Source of the DNA: Patescibacteria group bacterium
Lineage (GTDB): Bacteria > Patescibacteriota > Minisyncoccia > Phycocordibacterales > JAKFXT01
DNA length: 64,000 nt
Direction of reading: 5' to 3'
NCBI GenBank assembly: GCA_038063555.1
Contig: JBBTUX010000002.1
Location: forward strand, 6,806-70,805
Shown: piece by piece, positions 1-8,357 of the stretch
Position numbering within the stretch: the first letter of the stretch is position 1
Layout: the number at the start of each line of letters is the position of its first letter
Notes under the pieces: model-generated
What the model saw: the letters and a program-made list of their open reading frames with translations, nothing else
Database searches by the model: none
What the model was told of the DNA's origin: nothing
Program-made: the position numbers and the translations under genes

Positions 1-470
1 AAGTAAAAAGTGTACTTTCAGATTTTTCTGGAACTTGGAGACGCTTTGAATACAAAGGAAAAATGAAAAGTGGAGCCATAATTTATGATGATTACGCGCA
101 TCACCCTGCAGAAATAGCCGCGACATTATCTGGCGCTCGCGAAGCATTTCCAGACAAAAAAATTACTATTATTTTTCAACCCCATTTATATTCTCGTACC
201 AAACTTTTATTAAATGATTTTGCTGAAAGTTTATCCAAAGCGGATTATGCAATTTTGGCTGACATATATGCGGCGCGAGAAAAACCAGATGAAACAATTT
301 CTTCAAAAATTTTAGCCGAAAAAATCAAGGGAAAAAATAAAAAAGTGAGATATTTTCCCGATTTTGGTGAAATAGAGAAATATCTTTCAGAAAATGCGGT
401 AGAAGGGGATTTGCTTATAACCATGGGCGCAGGCGATATTTACAAAGTTGGGGAGGAGCTACTTGGTTAA
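1..470 (+). CDS. murC: UDP-N-acetylmuramate--L-alanine ligase, C-terminal fragment (5' end truncated by window edge)
   Basis: The open frame runs from the window edge with no stop. Translation gives ...GTWRRFEYKGK...GAIIYDDYAHHPAEI..., matching the Mur ligase C-terminal domain and the MurC signatures RRFE and DDYAHHP. Confidence 0.75.
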   Translation, partial: VKSVLSDFSGTWRRFEYKGKMKSGAIIYDDYAHHPAEIAATLSGAREAFPDKKITIIFQPHLYSRTKLLLNDFAESLSKADYAILADIYAAREKPDETISSKILAEKIKGKNKKVRYFPDFGEIEKYLSENAVEGDLLITMGAGDIYKVGEELLG

Positions 471-480
471 TTTGCATTTG

Positions 481-507
481 TTGCAAGTACAACTTGTCCC
501 GTATAAT
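481..507 (+). promoter_or_regulatory. Putative sigma70-like promoter for the ArsR-like gene (TTGCAA, then about 15 nt, then TATAAT at 502-507)
   Basis: A perfect TATAAT hexamer sits at 502-507, with TTGCAA 15 nt upstream. The -10 box overlaps the left arm of palindrome P1, which is an operator-like arrangement. Confidence 0.3.
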
Positions 508-543
508 CTATACCACTATTCGCTAGAATAGTGGTATAGATTA
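504..543. repeat. Palindrome P1 of family A: 18-bp arms TAATCTATACCACTATTC / GAATAGTGGTATAGATTA around the loop GCTA
   Basis: I read it directly as an inverted repeat. It shares the core ATCTATAC[C/T]ACTATTC with P2 (853-890) and P3 (4154-4197). Confidence 0.9.
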
Positions 544-566
544 CGGAGTGTGGTAATATTGAGGTT

Positions 567-833
567 ATGAATTCCAGAAAGACCGAGGTGATTACAAAAG
601 GCTTGGCTAGCCACAGACGGTTGTATATAGTTGAAATGTTATTTAAAAAACCAGAAATGTCTGTTGAAGAAATTGCCAAAGTGGCCAAGATAAGTCACAA
701 AAATGCTTCTGGCCATATTAACAAACTGACTTCTTCTGGTTTGATAATGAAACGGCATGATGGTAATTTTGTTCGTCATAAACTGACAAAACGTGGCGAA
801 ACCATTCTCAAATTCTTGAGAATATTGGAATAG
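567..833 (+). CDS. ArsR/SmtB-like winged-helix HTH transcriptional regulator (88 aa)
   Basis: At 88 aa it has an ...ASHRRLYIVEML... recognition-helix region typical of the ArsR family. It is about 50% identical to the paralog at 60192-60461. Its 3' end encodes FLRILE* over a short palindrome (ATTCTCAA/TTGAGAAT at 804-823). Confidence 0.6.
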   Translation: MNSRKTEVITKGLASHRRLYIVEMLFKKPEMSVEEIAKVAKISHKNASGHINKLTSSGLIMKRHDGNFVRHKLTKRGETILKFLRILE

Positions 834-852
834 TGTAAAAAATAGAAGCGTA

Positions 853-890
853 CATCTATACTACTATTCGCGCGAATAGTAGTATAGATG
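853..890. repeat. Palindrome P2 of family A: a perfect 38-bp palindrome CATCTATACTACTATTCG|CGAATAGTAGTATAGATG
   Basis: I read it directly. It lies between the ArsR-like gene and the DGR target gene. Confidence 0.9.
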
Positions 891-973
891 TTACAGAAAA
901 ATGGTAAGAAAAAAGTAAGAATAAGAAAAAAAAGCTGATGGCAGACCACTGTCTTTTTTGCTAAAGTAAGGTC

Positions 974-2989
974 ATGGAAAAGTTTGAAGGTGATTTTCTT
1001 AAGGATAAATACTGGGGCAATAAAGAATTCCGGGAAGCCGCGGGGGTTTCGGCTCGCCGCACGAAAAAGCGTGAAAGCGAGAATGTGCCCAATACGCCAC
1101 CTGAGCGCATTGAGAACTACCTCGATCGATTTACCGAGATAACCGATCGGGAAGACCCTGAAAAACGCGAGCGCGGCATTTCTGCCATTGAGCGACTCGT
1201 GGAGAAGAAATACATCATCAAGGCAGAAAATATAACCGATGAATATATAAAAAATGTATTGCTCGGCAATGAAGCCGAACTTCTCGGATACGAGCGGGAA
1301 GATGTAAAAGACGAGCAGATACGAAAAACCGTGCTTGATTCGCTGGAGAATAAAATTCATTCGCCTCTCTCTACATATAGAGTGCCGATTGAACTTCGAG
1401 AATCATTGGAGAATATGATTATTACCGACCAGAAAGGGAGGATGAAGCAGTGGCTCGATTACCTTACAGGAGAAGAAGCGCGTCATGCTCCGGTTGCACT
1501 TCGTTATTGGGCATTCGCCGAAATGCTTAAACAGGGAGATTACGATCCTGTTAGCGGAGAATACAACAAACGCACTAACGCAACAGTTGCAATTTTCCCC
1601 GAACTCGACCAACAAGCCCTTGCCCTTGTTTTTGATGAAGTGGAACGACGAAGAACCGGCAAAACATCTGCACTTTCTACGGGCGATGATGCGCGACAGG
1701 CCGAATTGCGAGATCTGCTTCAACATGAGAATTTTGGTAAGCTCTATGCGTTCATGCAGGAGCATGTTCGTTCGCTAAAATTACCGACCGAGCGTCTTGT
1801 CATCACCGAGGGAGGATGGAAACTCTTTTCAAAAGATTCTTCACCATCTGATTTAACCGCTCCGCTCCAAGGGTATCAGACTAAATGGTGCATTGCGGGA
1901 GAAGGCCACGCTACCAGCTATCTGGAAACTGGTGATGTCTGGATTTATTTTTCAAAAGATGTGGACGGACAAAATACTATCCCTCGCGCGTGCGTTATAG
2001 ATAACAAAGAACACGGTATTACCGAAGTCCGAGGCATCATTTTCAATGAAGAAGTTAAACAACATCTTGACGACTACATCACGCCGGTAGTTGACGCAAA
2101 ACTCAAAGATATGGAGGGTGGTGAAAAATGGGCGGACAAAATGGATGATATGAAGAAGTTGCGTGAACTGCACTTCAAATATTTGCAAAAGGAACCATTG
2201 AATAAAAACGATTTAACTTTCTTGTATGAGATTGACCGACCAATACAGGAATCCGGATATGGTAAAGACCCGAGAATAGAAGAGCTGAAAAAAGGCAGAA
2301 ACAGACAAGAGGACATCAAAACAATGTGTGATTGTAAGGAAGAGTTTATTGCCACAGATTTTATTGATATAAAAGAAATCACACAAGTGTTTTGTGAAGA
2401 TACAGGAGATAAAATAACTTTCTTTGATTTTCGGGAAGGACAAAACAAAGAGAAACTTCTGCCGCTTATGGAATTGGCGAAAAGAATAAAAGAAACTGGA
2501 AGGGGAGCACGACCAGACATGTCATTTGAGGGAGGAATAGTAAATATAAATGTGCCAAAAGAAAAACTAAAGGACTTGCCGACGGCCATTAAGTCATTCG
2601 AAGAGGCAGACAATAATTCACCCTCGTCTATTTGGGAAGAATTAAAAAAAATGCCATTTGCTACATTGGAGCAATCTTCTTTGGAACTTATTGTTCTTTC
2701 TTACAATAAAGACGTAGAAACAAGAAAATCATCAGAAAAAATAGTAGAAGATATGGATAAGCTAGGACTTAGACCAGCTACCTTTGGGGAATTAATTACT
2801 CTTGGCATAATTAAGCCCGTTTTTAACAAGAAAAACGAATATATTGTTGCTCTCGGCACAAAAGCTACTCTGGACGGCGGTGTTCGTGTCTCGGTCTTGG
2901 TCTGGTACGGTGATAAGCGTCTTCTGGATGGCGACGGGTGGACGATCGAGTGGGGCGAGCTTAGCCGTTTCCTTTGTCTCCGCAAATAG
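974..2989 (+). CDS. DGR target protein (671 aa) with a C-terminal variable region
   Basis: This long ORF lies immediately upstream of the TR and RT. Its last roughly 40 codons (VR 2868-2985) align without gaps to the TR, with conserved Trp and Gly scaffold codons (LDGGVRVSVLVWYGDKRLLDGDGWTIEWGELSRFLCLRK versus TR-frame LDGDIHVPNLDWNDGERSLNRNIWDNEWDDRNRFVCLRN). The N-terminal half is GC-richer than the C-terminal half. I recognised no other domain. Confidence 0.6.
   Translation: MEKFEGDFLKDKYWGNKEFREAAGVSARRTKKRESENVPNTPPERIENYLDRFTEITDREDPEKRERGISAIERLVEKKYIIKAENITDEYIKNVLLGNEAELLGYEREDVKDEQIRKTVLDSLENKIHSPLSTYRVPIELRESLENMIITDQKGRMKQWLDYLTGEEARHAPVALRYWAFAEMLKQGDYDPVSGEYNKRTNATVAIFPELDQQALALVFDEVERRRTGKTSALSTGDDARQAELRDLLQHENFGKLYAFMQEHVRSLKLPTERLVITEGGWKLFSKDSSPSDLTAPLQGYQTKWCIAGEGHATSYLETGDVWIYFSKDVDGQNTIPRACVIDNKEHGITEVRGIIFNEEVKQHLDDYITPVVDAKLKDMEGGEKWADKMDDMKKLRELHFKYLQKEPLNKNDLTFLYEIDRPIQESGYGKDPRIEELKKGRNRQEDIKTMCDCKEEFIATDFIDIKEITQVFCEDTGDKITFFDFREGQNKEKLLPLMELAKRIKETGRGARPDMSFEGGIVNINVPKEKLKDLPTAIKSFEEADNNSPSSIWEELKKMPFATLEQSSLELIVLSYNKDVETRKSSEKIVEDMDKLGLRPATFGELITLGIIKPVFNKKNEYIVALGTKATLDGGVRVSVLVWYGDKRLLDGDGWTIEWGELSRFLCLRK
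2868..2985 (+). repeat. DGR variable region (VR), 118 bp, at the 3' end of the target gene
   Basis: It aligns without gaps to 3288-3405, with identical 12-nt 5' and 8-nt 3' ends (CTCTGGACGGCG ... CTCCGCAA). TR AAY codons correspond to diversified VR codons (V, Y, D, D, I, S, K). About 42 of 118 positions mismatch, and only about half of those sit at TR adenines. Confidence 0.55.
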
Positions 2990-3287
2990 ATTTTTGAATT
3001 TTTGTCACTTTGCTTATGATTTAGATATTTTGATTTTGTTCTTTTCTTTTTTTAAATTAAAATAATAATGAGAGTAGATAATGAGTGCGCGGATAAATTC
3101 TTCGCAACATCGAAATCAGTAGAACACAGATCGGAATTTTTGCGTGATAAGTGCGTGAAAAGTGTGTCTGTGTTTTCTTTAAAAAAAGAAATCTACTTGG
3201 CGCATATACGTCTGGCATTATGATGCCGACTTAAATACAATGTATGGTTGCGACTATATGTGGTGGATTGCATGTGTATATGCGAAA

Positions 3288-3405
3288 CTCTGGACGGCGA
3301 TATTCATGTCCCGAACTTGGATTGGAATGACGGTGAGCGTAGTTTGAACAGGAACATCTGGGACAATGAGTGGGATGATAGGAATCGATTTGTTTGCCTC
3401 CGCAA
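3288..3405 (+). repeat. DGR template region (TR), 118 bp, adenine/AAY-rich, non-coding
   Basis: In the VR reading frame it carries 7 Asn (AAC/AAT) codons in about 39 codons. It lies 85 nt upstream of the RT. The ORF-track ORF 3248-3463 covers it and is probably not a real protein. Confidence 0.55.
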
Positions 3406-3469
3406 TTTAATTTCTTTCTCCGCCAGATATTTATTTTGGTGGAGTTTTCTTTTGACTCTCTAATTCCAA

Positions 3470-4183
3470 TTGTTTAATCAATTGGTTATGCCAGTAATTA
3501 GCAAAGCAAGTGTTAGAGACAGAGTTGTTCATAGGTTGGTTTATAACGCTCTTTATTATTACTTTGACTATAAATTTATTTATGATTCTTATAGTTGTCG
3601 AATTGGAAAAGGTACACACAAGGCACAGGCGAGATTCAGAAGTTTTGTTAATAAGGTTAGCAAAAATTATACGGCCTCCTGTTTTGTTTTAAAATTTGAT
3701 ATCAAAAAATGTTTTGAGAGTATTGATAAAAATATACTCAAAAATATACTTTCTTTTCATATTGAGGATAAAGGACTAAAAAGAATTATATTTTCTATAA
3801 TTGATAGTTTTGGAACGGGAATTCCTCTCGGGAATTTGACATCACAATTATTCTTGAATATTTATCTCCACGAGCTTGATTGGTATGTAAAACAATTTTG
3901 GGGGTGTAAATATTACCTGCGATATGCTGACGATATAATCATTATCTCCACCAACAAAGAGAAATTAGAAGAACTATATGCAAATTTAGAAATTTTTCTT
4001 AAAAACAAATTGAACCTCACTACTCACAAGAAAATCATTATTAGTATTTACTCGGGAATTGATATTTTGGGGTTGGTGTTTTTCCCGCAGTATCAACGCT
4101 TGCGACGCAGTACCGAAAGAAGAATAGAAAAAAGAAATAGCAAAATATTTAAACATCATCTATACCACTATTCCATGGAATAG
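3470..4183 (+). CDS. DGR-type reverse transcriptase (237 aa; apparently shortened at both the N- and C-terminus)
   Basis: It contains the RT motifs VRDRVVH (motif 1), CRIGKGTHKA (motif 2), FDIKKCFESID, the DGR-diagnostic GIPLGNLTSQLF motif and YADDIII (motif 5). Alignment from memory to Bordetella phage Brt starts at Brt motif 1 (the first roughly 55 aa are missing) and stops about 40 aa short. The last codons lie inside palindrome P3. Confidence 0.8.
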   Translation: MFNQLVMPVISKASVRDRVVHRLVYNALYYYFDYKFIYDSYSCRIGKGTHKAQARFRSFVNKVSKNYTASCFVLKFDIKKCFESIDKNILKNILSFHIEDKGLKRIIFSIIDSFGTGIPLGNLTSQLFLNIYLHELDWYVKQFWGCKYYLRYADDIIIISTNKEKLEELYANLEIFLKNKLNLTTHKKIIISIYSGIDILGLVFFPQYQRLRRSTERRIEKRNSKIFKHHLYHYSME

Positions 4184-4197
4184 TGGTATAGATGATG
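4154..4197. repeat. Palindrome P3 of family A: a perfect 44-bp palindrome CATCATCTATACCACTATTCCA|TGGAATAGTGGTATAGATGATG
   Basis: I read it directly. It overlaps the RT stop codon (TAG at 4181-4183) and shares its core with P1 and P2. It also creates the spurious mirror ORFs ending ...LYHYSME. Confidence 0.9.
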
Positions 4198-4266
4198 TTG
4201 ACGGTAACACTGGCAATGCAATATTGTAGCCTCTCTTAACAAAAGCTTAACAAAGGATATTTTTTT

Positions 4267-4971
4267 GTGTATGGTGTTTTCATGGCTACGTTTTATATAG
4301 TGGCAACGCCGATTGGGAATCTTGAGGACATGACTTTCCGGGCGATTCGTATTTTGAAGGAGGTGGATATTATATTGTGCGAAGATACACGGGTAACACA
4401 AAAATTACTTAAACATTATGAAATTAACGATAAACAGCTTTCTACATATAACGCACAAAAAAGCTCGGTTAGTTTCAGTAAAATTAGCAATTGGATAAAA
4501 GAAGGGAAAAATTTGGCGTTAGTGACTGACGCGGGAACTCCAGGAATATCAGACCCGGGGAGTGAACTTGTGGAAAAATTAAAGAGTGAGTTTAGTAGTG
4601 AAGAGCTCAAAATTGAGCCAATACCGGGGGCTTCGGCGATTGTTGCGGCTATGTCCGCCGCAGGTATCCCTGCGGCGGAATGGACCTTTTTGGGATTTTT
4701 ACCGCACAAAAAGGGCAGGGAGACCTTGTTTAAGGAAATTGCTAAAGGAGAGAGAACTTTTGTTTTTTATGAATCCCCACACAGGATTATGAAAACTTTG
4801 GAAAAGTTGGCACAAGTAATACTTGATAATCGCAAAGTTGCGGTGTGTAAAGAATTGACCAAAATTCACGAAGAATTTGTAAGGGGGAGCGCAAAGGAAA
4901 TATTTGCTCACTTTAGAAAAAACCCCGACCGTGTCCGTGGGGAATTTGTGGTCATAGTTTCTAAATGTTAA
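4267..4971 (+). CDS. rsmI: 16S rRNA (cytidine1402-2'-O)-methyltransferase
   Basis: It has a tetrapyrrole-methylase fold N-terminus, FYIVATPIGNLEDMTFRAIRILKEVDIILCEDTR, and GISDPG. The true start is probably the M of MATFYIV at 4282. Confidence 0.75.
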   Translation: MYGVFMATFYIVATPIGNLEDMTFRAIRILKEVDIILCEDTRVTQKLLKHYEINDKQLSTYNAQKSSVSFSKISNWIKEGKNLALVTDAGTPGISDPGSELVEKLKSEFSSEELKIEPIPGASAIVAAMSAAGIPAAEWTFLGFLPHKKGRETLFKEIAKGERTFVFYESPHRIMKTLEKLAQVILDNRKVAVCKELTKIHEEFVRGSAKEIFAHFRKNPDRVRGEFVVIVSKC

Positions 4972-4980
4972 AATACCTTT

Positions 4981-5253
4981 ATGCAGAAAAATTTTTTCAT
5001 AGTTTTGGGTATATTTGTAGCTTTGCTTCCATTTATCTCAATTCCCAATTCATATAAAACGCCTGTGTACATTATTCTTGGCGCAACCATGGCCATTGCA
5101 AGTTATAGAGAAAGATATTTAAAAAAGAAATTATTAATTCCTCATTTGAGGCGTTTCAAGAAGTTTGCGTCATCGACTCCTATTGCAAATGATATTTCAG
5201 TAAGGACTAATTCTCTTGATGAAAACGCCACCTCTAAAGGTACACAGCAATAA
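4981..5253 (+). CDS. Hypothetical small membrane protein
   Basis: This 90-aa ORF has one or two predicted TM helices. It overlaps the next ORF in a different frame. Confidence 0.25.
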   Translation: MQKNFFIVLGIFVALLPFISIPNSYKTPVYIILGATMAIASYRERYLKKKLLIPHLRRFKKFASSTPIANDISVRTNSLDENATSKGTQQ

Positions 5254-6469
5254 AGGTAGATTATTTGTCTACACTTTGGCCACGGGCGCTATTTTTGCGG
5301 GCGGCTTTTTTGGTTTGCAGTATTTCCCAGGATTTCTCCCGTCACTTACAACATATAAAAGCCAATTCATAGCGCAAGGTTCCGGTCTTTCTCCCAAAGC
5401 AGAAAAGGTAATGCATCTTAAAACACCAGAACCACTCAAAGCGATTTATATGAGTCAGTGTGTTGTGGGCACCAAAGATTTTAGACAAGATTTAGTGGAT
5501 CTTATTAAGAGAACAGAGTTAAACGCTGTTGTTATTGATATTAAAGATTATACGGGGAAGATTGCTTTTGAAACTGATAATCCAAAACTTAAAAACTCTG
5601 TATCGGGTGATTGCGGTGCAACCGATATGAAAAATTTTATTCTCTCGCTTCATGATGATGGCATATACGTGATTGGACGCGTTACTGTTTTCCAAGACCC
5701 ATATATGACGAAAACACGACCGGACTTAGCGGTTAAAAAGAAAAGTGATAATGATATTGTCTGGAAAGATTATAAAGGACTTTCTTTTGTTGATGTGGGA
5801 GCCCGTGAACACTGGGATTATATTATTGAAATAGCTAAAGAAGCATACGGTATTGGATATGACGAAATAAATTTTGACTATATAAGATTTCCTTCGGACG
5901 GTGACATGAAAGATATTGATTACACATATTCTCGTGGCAAAACAAAAGCAGAGGTCTTAAGAGAATTTTTTAGTTACTTGCACGATAATTTAAAAAGTCT
6001 AGGAGTAATAGTATCAGCCGACCTTTTTGGAATGACCACAACCAATACCGATGACTTAAATATAGGACAAATTTTGGAATACGGCCTTATGTATTTTGAT
6101 TATGTTTCCCCAATGGTTTATCCAAGTCATTACCCGCCAAATTTTAATAATTGGAAAAATCCAAATCTATATCCCGGAGAAGTCGTTTCATTTTCTATGG
6201 GTAAAGCAGTAGAAAGAGCGCTTGCCACTAGCACAACATTGAACCTTATAAATTCAATTCCTATAGCAAGTACTACTCCGCAACTTTATACCAAACCTGT
6301 TTGGGATAAATTAAAACTTCGTCCTTGGCTTCAAGATTTTCAATATGGTGGCACATATGGCCCCAAAGAGGTGCGAGCACAAATTGACGCTACTTATAGT
6401 GTGGGACTCACAAGTTGGATGCTTTGGGCGCCATCCAACAGATACACTGAATCAGCCCTTCTTAAATAG
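5216..6469 (+). CDS. Hypothetical membrane-anchored protein, possibly a glycoside-hydrolase-like (TIM-barrel) domain protein
   Basis: It has an N-terminal TM helix followed by a roughly 380-aa soluble domain. I recognised no definitive motif. Confidence 0.3.
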   Translation: MMKTPPLKVHSNKGRLFVYTLATGAIFAGGFFGLQYFPGFLPSLTTYKSQFIAQGSGLSPKAEKVMHLKTPEPLKAIYMSQCVVGTKDFRQDLVDLIKRTELNAVVIDIKDYTGKIAFETDNPKLKNSVSGDCGATDMKNFILSLHDDGIYVIGRVTVFQDPYMTKTRPDLAVKKKSDNDIVWKDYKGLSFVDVGAREHWDYIIEIAKEAYGIGYDEINFDYIRFPSDGDMKDIDYTYSRGKTKAEVLREFFSYLHDNLKSLGVIVSADLFGMTTTNTDDLNIGQILEYGLMYFDYVSPMVYPSHYPPNFNNWKNPNLYPGEVVSFSMGKAVERALATSTTLNLINSIPIASTTPQLYTKPVWDKLKLRPWLQDFQYGGTYGPKEVRAQIDATYSVGLTSWMLWAPSNRYTESALLK

Positions 6470-6494
6470 CGAGAGGTCTATTTTTGGCTTATAA

Positions 6495-8357
6495 TTGAAT
6501 AGATTATGGCACCTTTGGACCCCAAAAGAGTTTTACATTACAAATCAGAATATATTTTATTGTGAGGTCAATTTTAAACCCATGAATTCAAACGAATTTT
6601 CTAAAAACTCTAACGGGGCAAGTGAAAATCGTATAACTTATTTTGCCCATACTGACGCTAGAAACAAGCAGGTTCCTTTTGGAATTAAAGCTAAAGACAG
6701 AACTCGTCATGTATATGTCATAGGCAAAACGGGAATGGGAAAATCCACCCTCCTTGAAAATATGGCGATTCAAGATATTCAAAACGGGGAGGGATTGGCT
6801 TTTATTGACCCTCATGGCAAAACGGCTGAATATTTGTTGGATTTTGTGCCAGAGCACAGAATAAAAGATGTTTTATACTTTGCTCCTTTTGATTTGGAAA
6901 ATCCAATTGCTTTTAACGTAATGGAAGATGTGGGCGCAGATAAAAGACATCTTGTTGTTGCCGGATTAATGAGTGCGTTTGAAAAGATTTGGATTGACGC
7001 CTGGAGCGCCCGTATGGCTTATATTTTGCAAAACACATTACACGCTCTTTTGGAATATCCGGGAGCAACGCTTCTTGGGGTAAACAAAATGTTGACTGAT
7101 AAGGAGTATAGAAAAAAAGTTGTTGATAATGTTAGTGACCCAACAGTTAAATCTTTTTGGACGGACGAATTTGCAAAATACACAGATAGATACACAGCCG
7201 ATGCAACGCCCGCCATTCAAAATAAGGTGGGGCAGTTTACCAGCAACCCTCTTATCAGAAATATTATAGGTCAACCTCATTCTTCTTTTGATATTAGAAA
7301 GATAATGGACGAAAAGAAGATTTTAATAATTAATCTTTCCAAAGGACTTGTCGGTGAAAATAACGCCAATCTTTTGGGTAGTATGCTTGTAACCAAGATA
7401 TATCTTGCGGCTATGTCTCGCGCTGATGTGAGTGAAAAATCAATGATTAAACTTCCAAATTTTTATCTTCATGTAGATGAATTTCAATCTTTTGCTAATA
7501 AAAGTTTTGCCGACATTCTTTCGGAAGCTCGTAAATACAAATTAAATTTGACCATTGCTCATCAATATATAGAACAAATGGAAGAAGAGGTGAGAGATGC
7601 TGTTTTTGGAAATGTCGGCACAACAATAGCTTTTCGAGTCGGGGCATTTGACGCTGAAGTTTTGGAAAAAGAATTTGCCCCCGTTTTTATGGCGGAGGAT
7701 TTAGTTAATTTGGGATTTGCTCAAGTGTATTTGAAGTTAATGATAGATGGAGTTGGTTCCCAACCATTTTCTGCTAAAACCATGGGGCCAATCACAAAAA
7801 CAACTTCTTCTTATAAGAGATTAATACTAGCATCTTCTAGAGAACAATTTAGTTTTCCGCGCTCTCAAGTTGAGAGTGTTATTTCTGAACAACTTATTTC
7901 CAAAGTGGAAACAAGAACCGAAAAAAAACCAAGAGAAGAAATGTTCTCTGGGGTTCAGTCCGAGTTACAAAAAAGAGATGAAAAACGTAAGGGGGTAGAA
8001 AATAGAGAAAAATCAACCAGTGTAAATAAACCAGAAGGACATTTAAGTGAACTTCGACAAACTTTGGCTGGAGTAATGGGAGCAGATTTGTCAAAATCAG
8101 AGAATAAATCTTCTCCTAAACTGGAAGTAAAATCACAACCGCAATCCCATAAACCAAAAGAAAATCCTAGGCGAGAAGTAAAAAATGAAGGAATGTCAGA
8201 TCATAAAAAAGCTCTAGCAGAAGTTTTGGCTAAACTTCAAGAGAAAGAAAAAAAATCTGTTTCAGAAGAAAAAGAAGCAGAGGAATCATTTAACAAGAAA
8301 GAAATTTCGGAAAAGGAATTACGAGATATGCTCCATGTTGATAATGAGGGAAATTAA
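6495..8357 (+). CDS. VirD4/TraD-family (T4SS coupling-protein-like) P-loop ATPase with a K/E-rich C-terminal tail
   Basis: It has Walker A GKTGMGKST, the segment FIDPHGK, a Walker B-like LHVDEFQSF and ...TIAHQY.... No N-terminal TM helices are present. The C-terminal roughly 150 aa are low-complexity K/E-rich sequence. The likely start is M at 6582. Confidence 0.5.
   Translation: MNRLWHLWTPKEFYITNQNIFYCEVNFKPMNSNEFSKNSNGASENRITYFAHTDARNKQVPFGIKAKDRTRHVYVIGKTGMGKSTLLENMAIQDIQNGEGLAFIDPHGKTAEYLLDFVPEHRIKDVLYFAPFDLENPIAFNVMEDVGADKRHLVVAGLMSAFEKIWIDAWSARMAYILQNTLHALLEYPGATLLGVNKMLTDKEYRKKVVDNVSDPTVKSFWTDEFAKYTDRYTADATPAIQNKVGQFTSNPLIRNIIGQPHSSFDIRKIMDEKKILIINLSKGLVGENNANLLGSMLVTKIYLAAMSRADVSEKSMIKLPNFYLHVDEFQSFANKSFADILSEARKYKLNLTIAHQYIEQMEEEVRDAVFGNVGTTIAFRVGAFDAEVLEKEFAPVFMAEDLVNLGFAQVYLKLMIDGVGSQPFSAKTMGPITKTTSSYKRLILASSREQFSFPRSQVESVISEQLISKVETRTEKKPREEMFSGVQSELQKRDEKRKGVENREKSTSVNKPEGHLSELRQTLAGVMGADLSKSENKSSPKLEVKSQPQSHKPKENPRREVKNEGMSDHKKALAEVLAKLQEKEKKSVSEEKEAEESFNKKEISEKELRDMLHVDNEGN

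Noticed and set aside
1403-2613. Several antisense ORFs (1403-1765, 2074-2613, 2213-2443, all minus strand) lie inside the DGR target gene. Similar antisense ORFs lie inside GT4 and other genes, for example 16297-16740 and 22225-22530.
   Set aside because: They are fully embedded in longer, well-supported sense ORFs and have Ser/Phe/Ile-rich low-complexity translations typical of AT-rich antisense frames.
3248-3463. The ORF-track lists a 71-aa ORF (MRLYVVDCMCICETLDGDIHVPNL...).
   Set aside because: It coincides with the DGR template repeat. Its reading frame is inherited from the VR paralogy, it is Asn/Asp-rich, and it ends in low-complexity sequence. I treat it as non-coding TR.
4168-4401. 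A minus-strand ORF ends in ...LYHYSME, mirroring the RT C-terminus.
   Set aside because: It is an artefact of the perfect palindrome P3, which reads the same on both strands.
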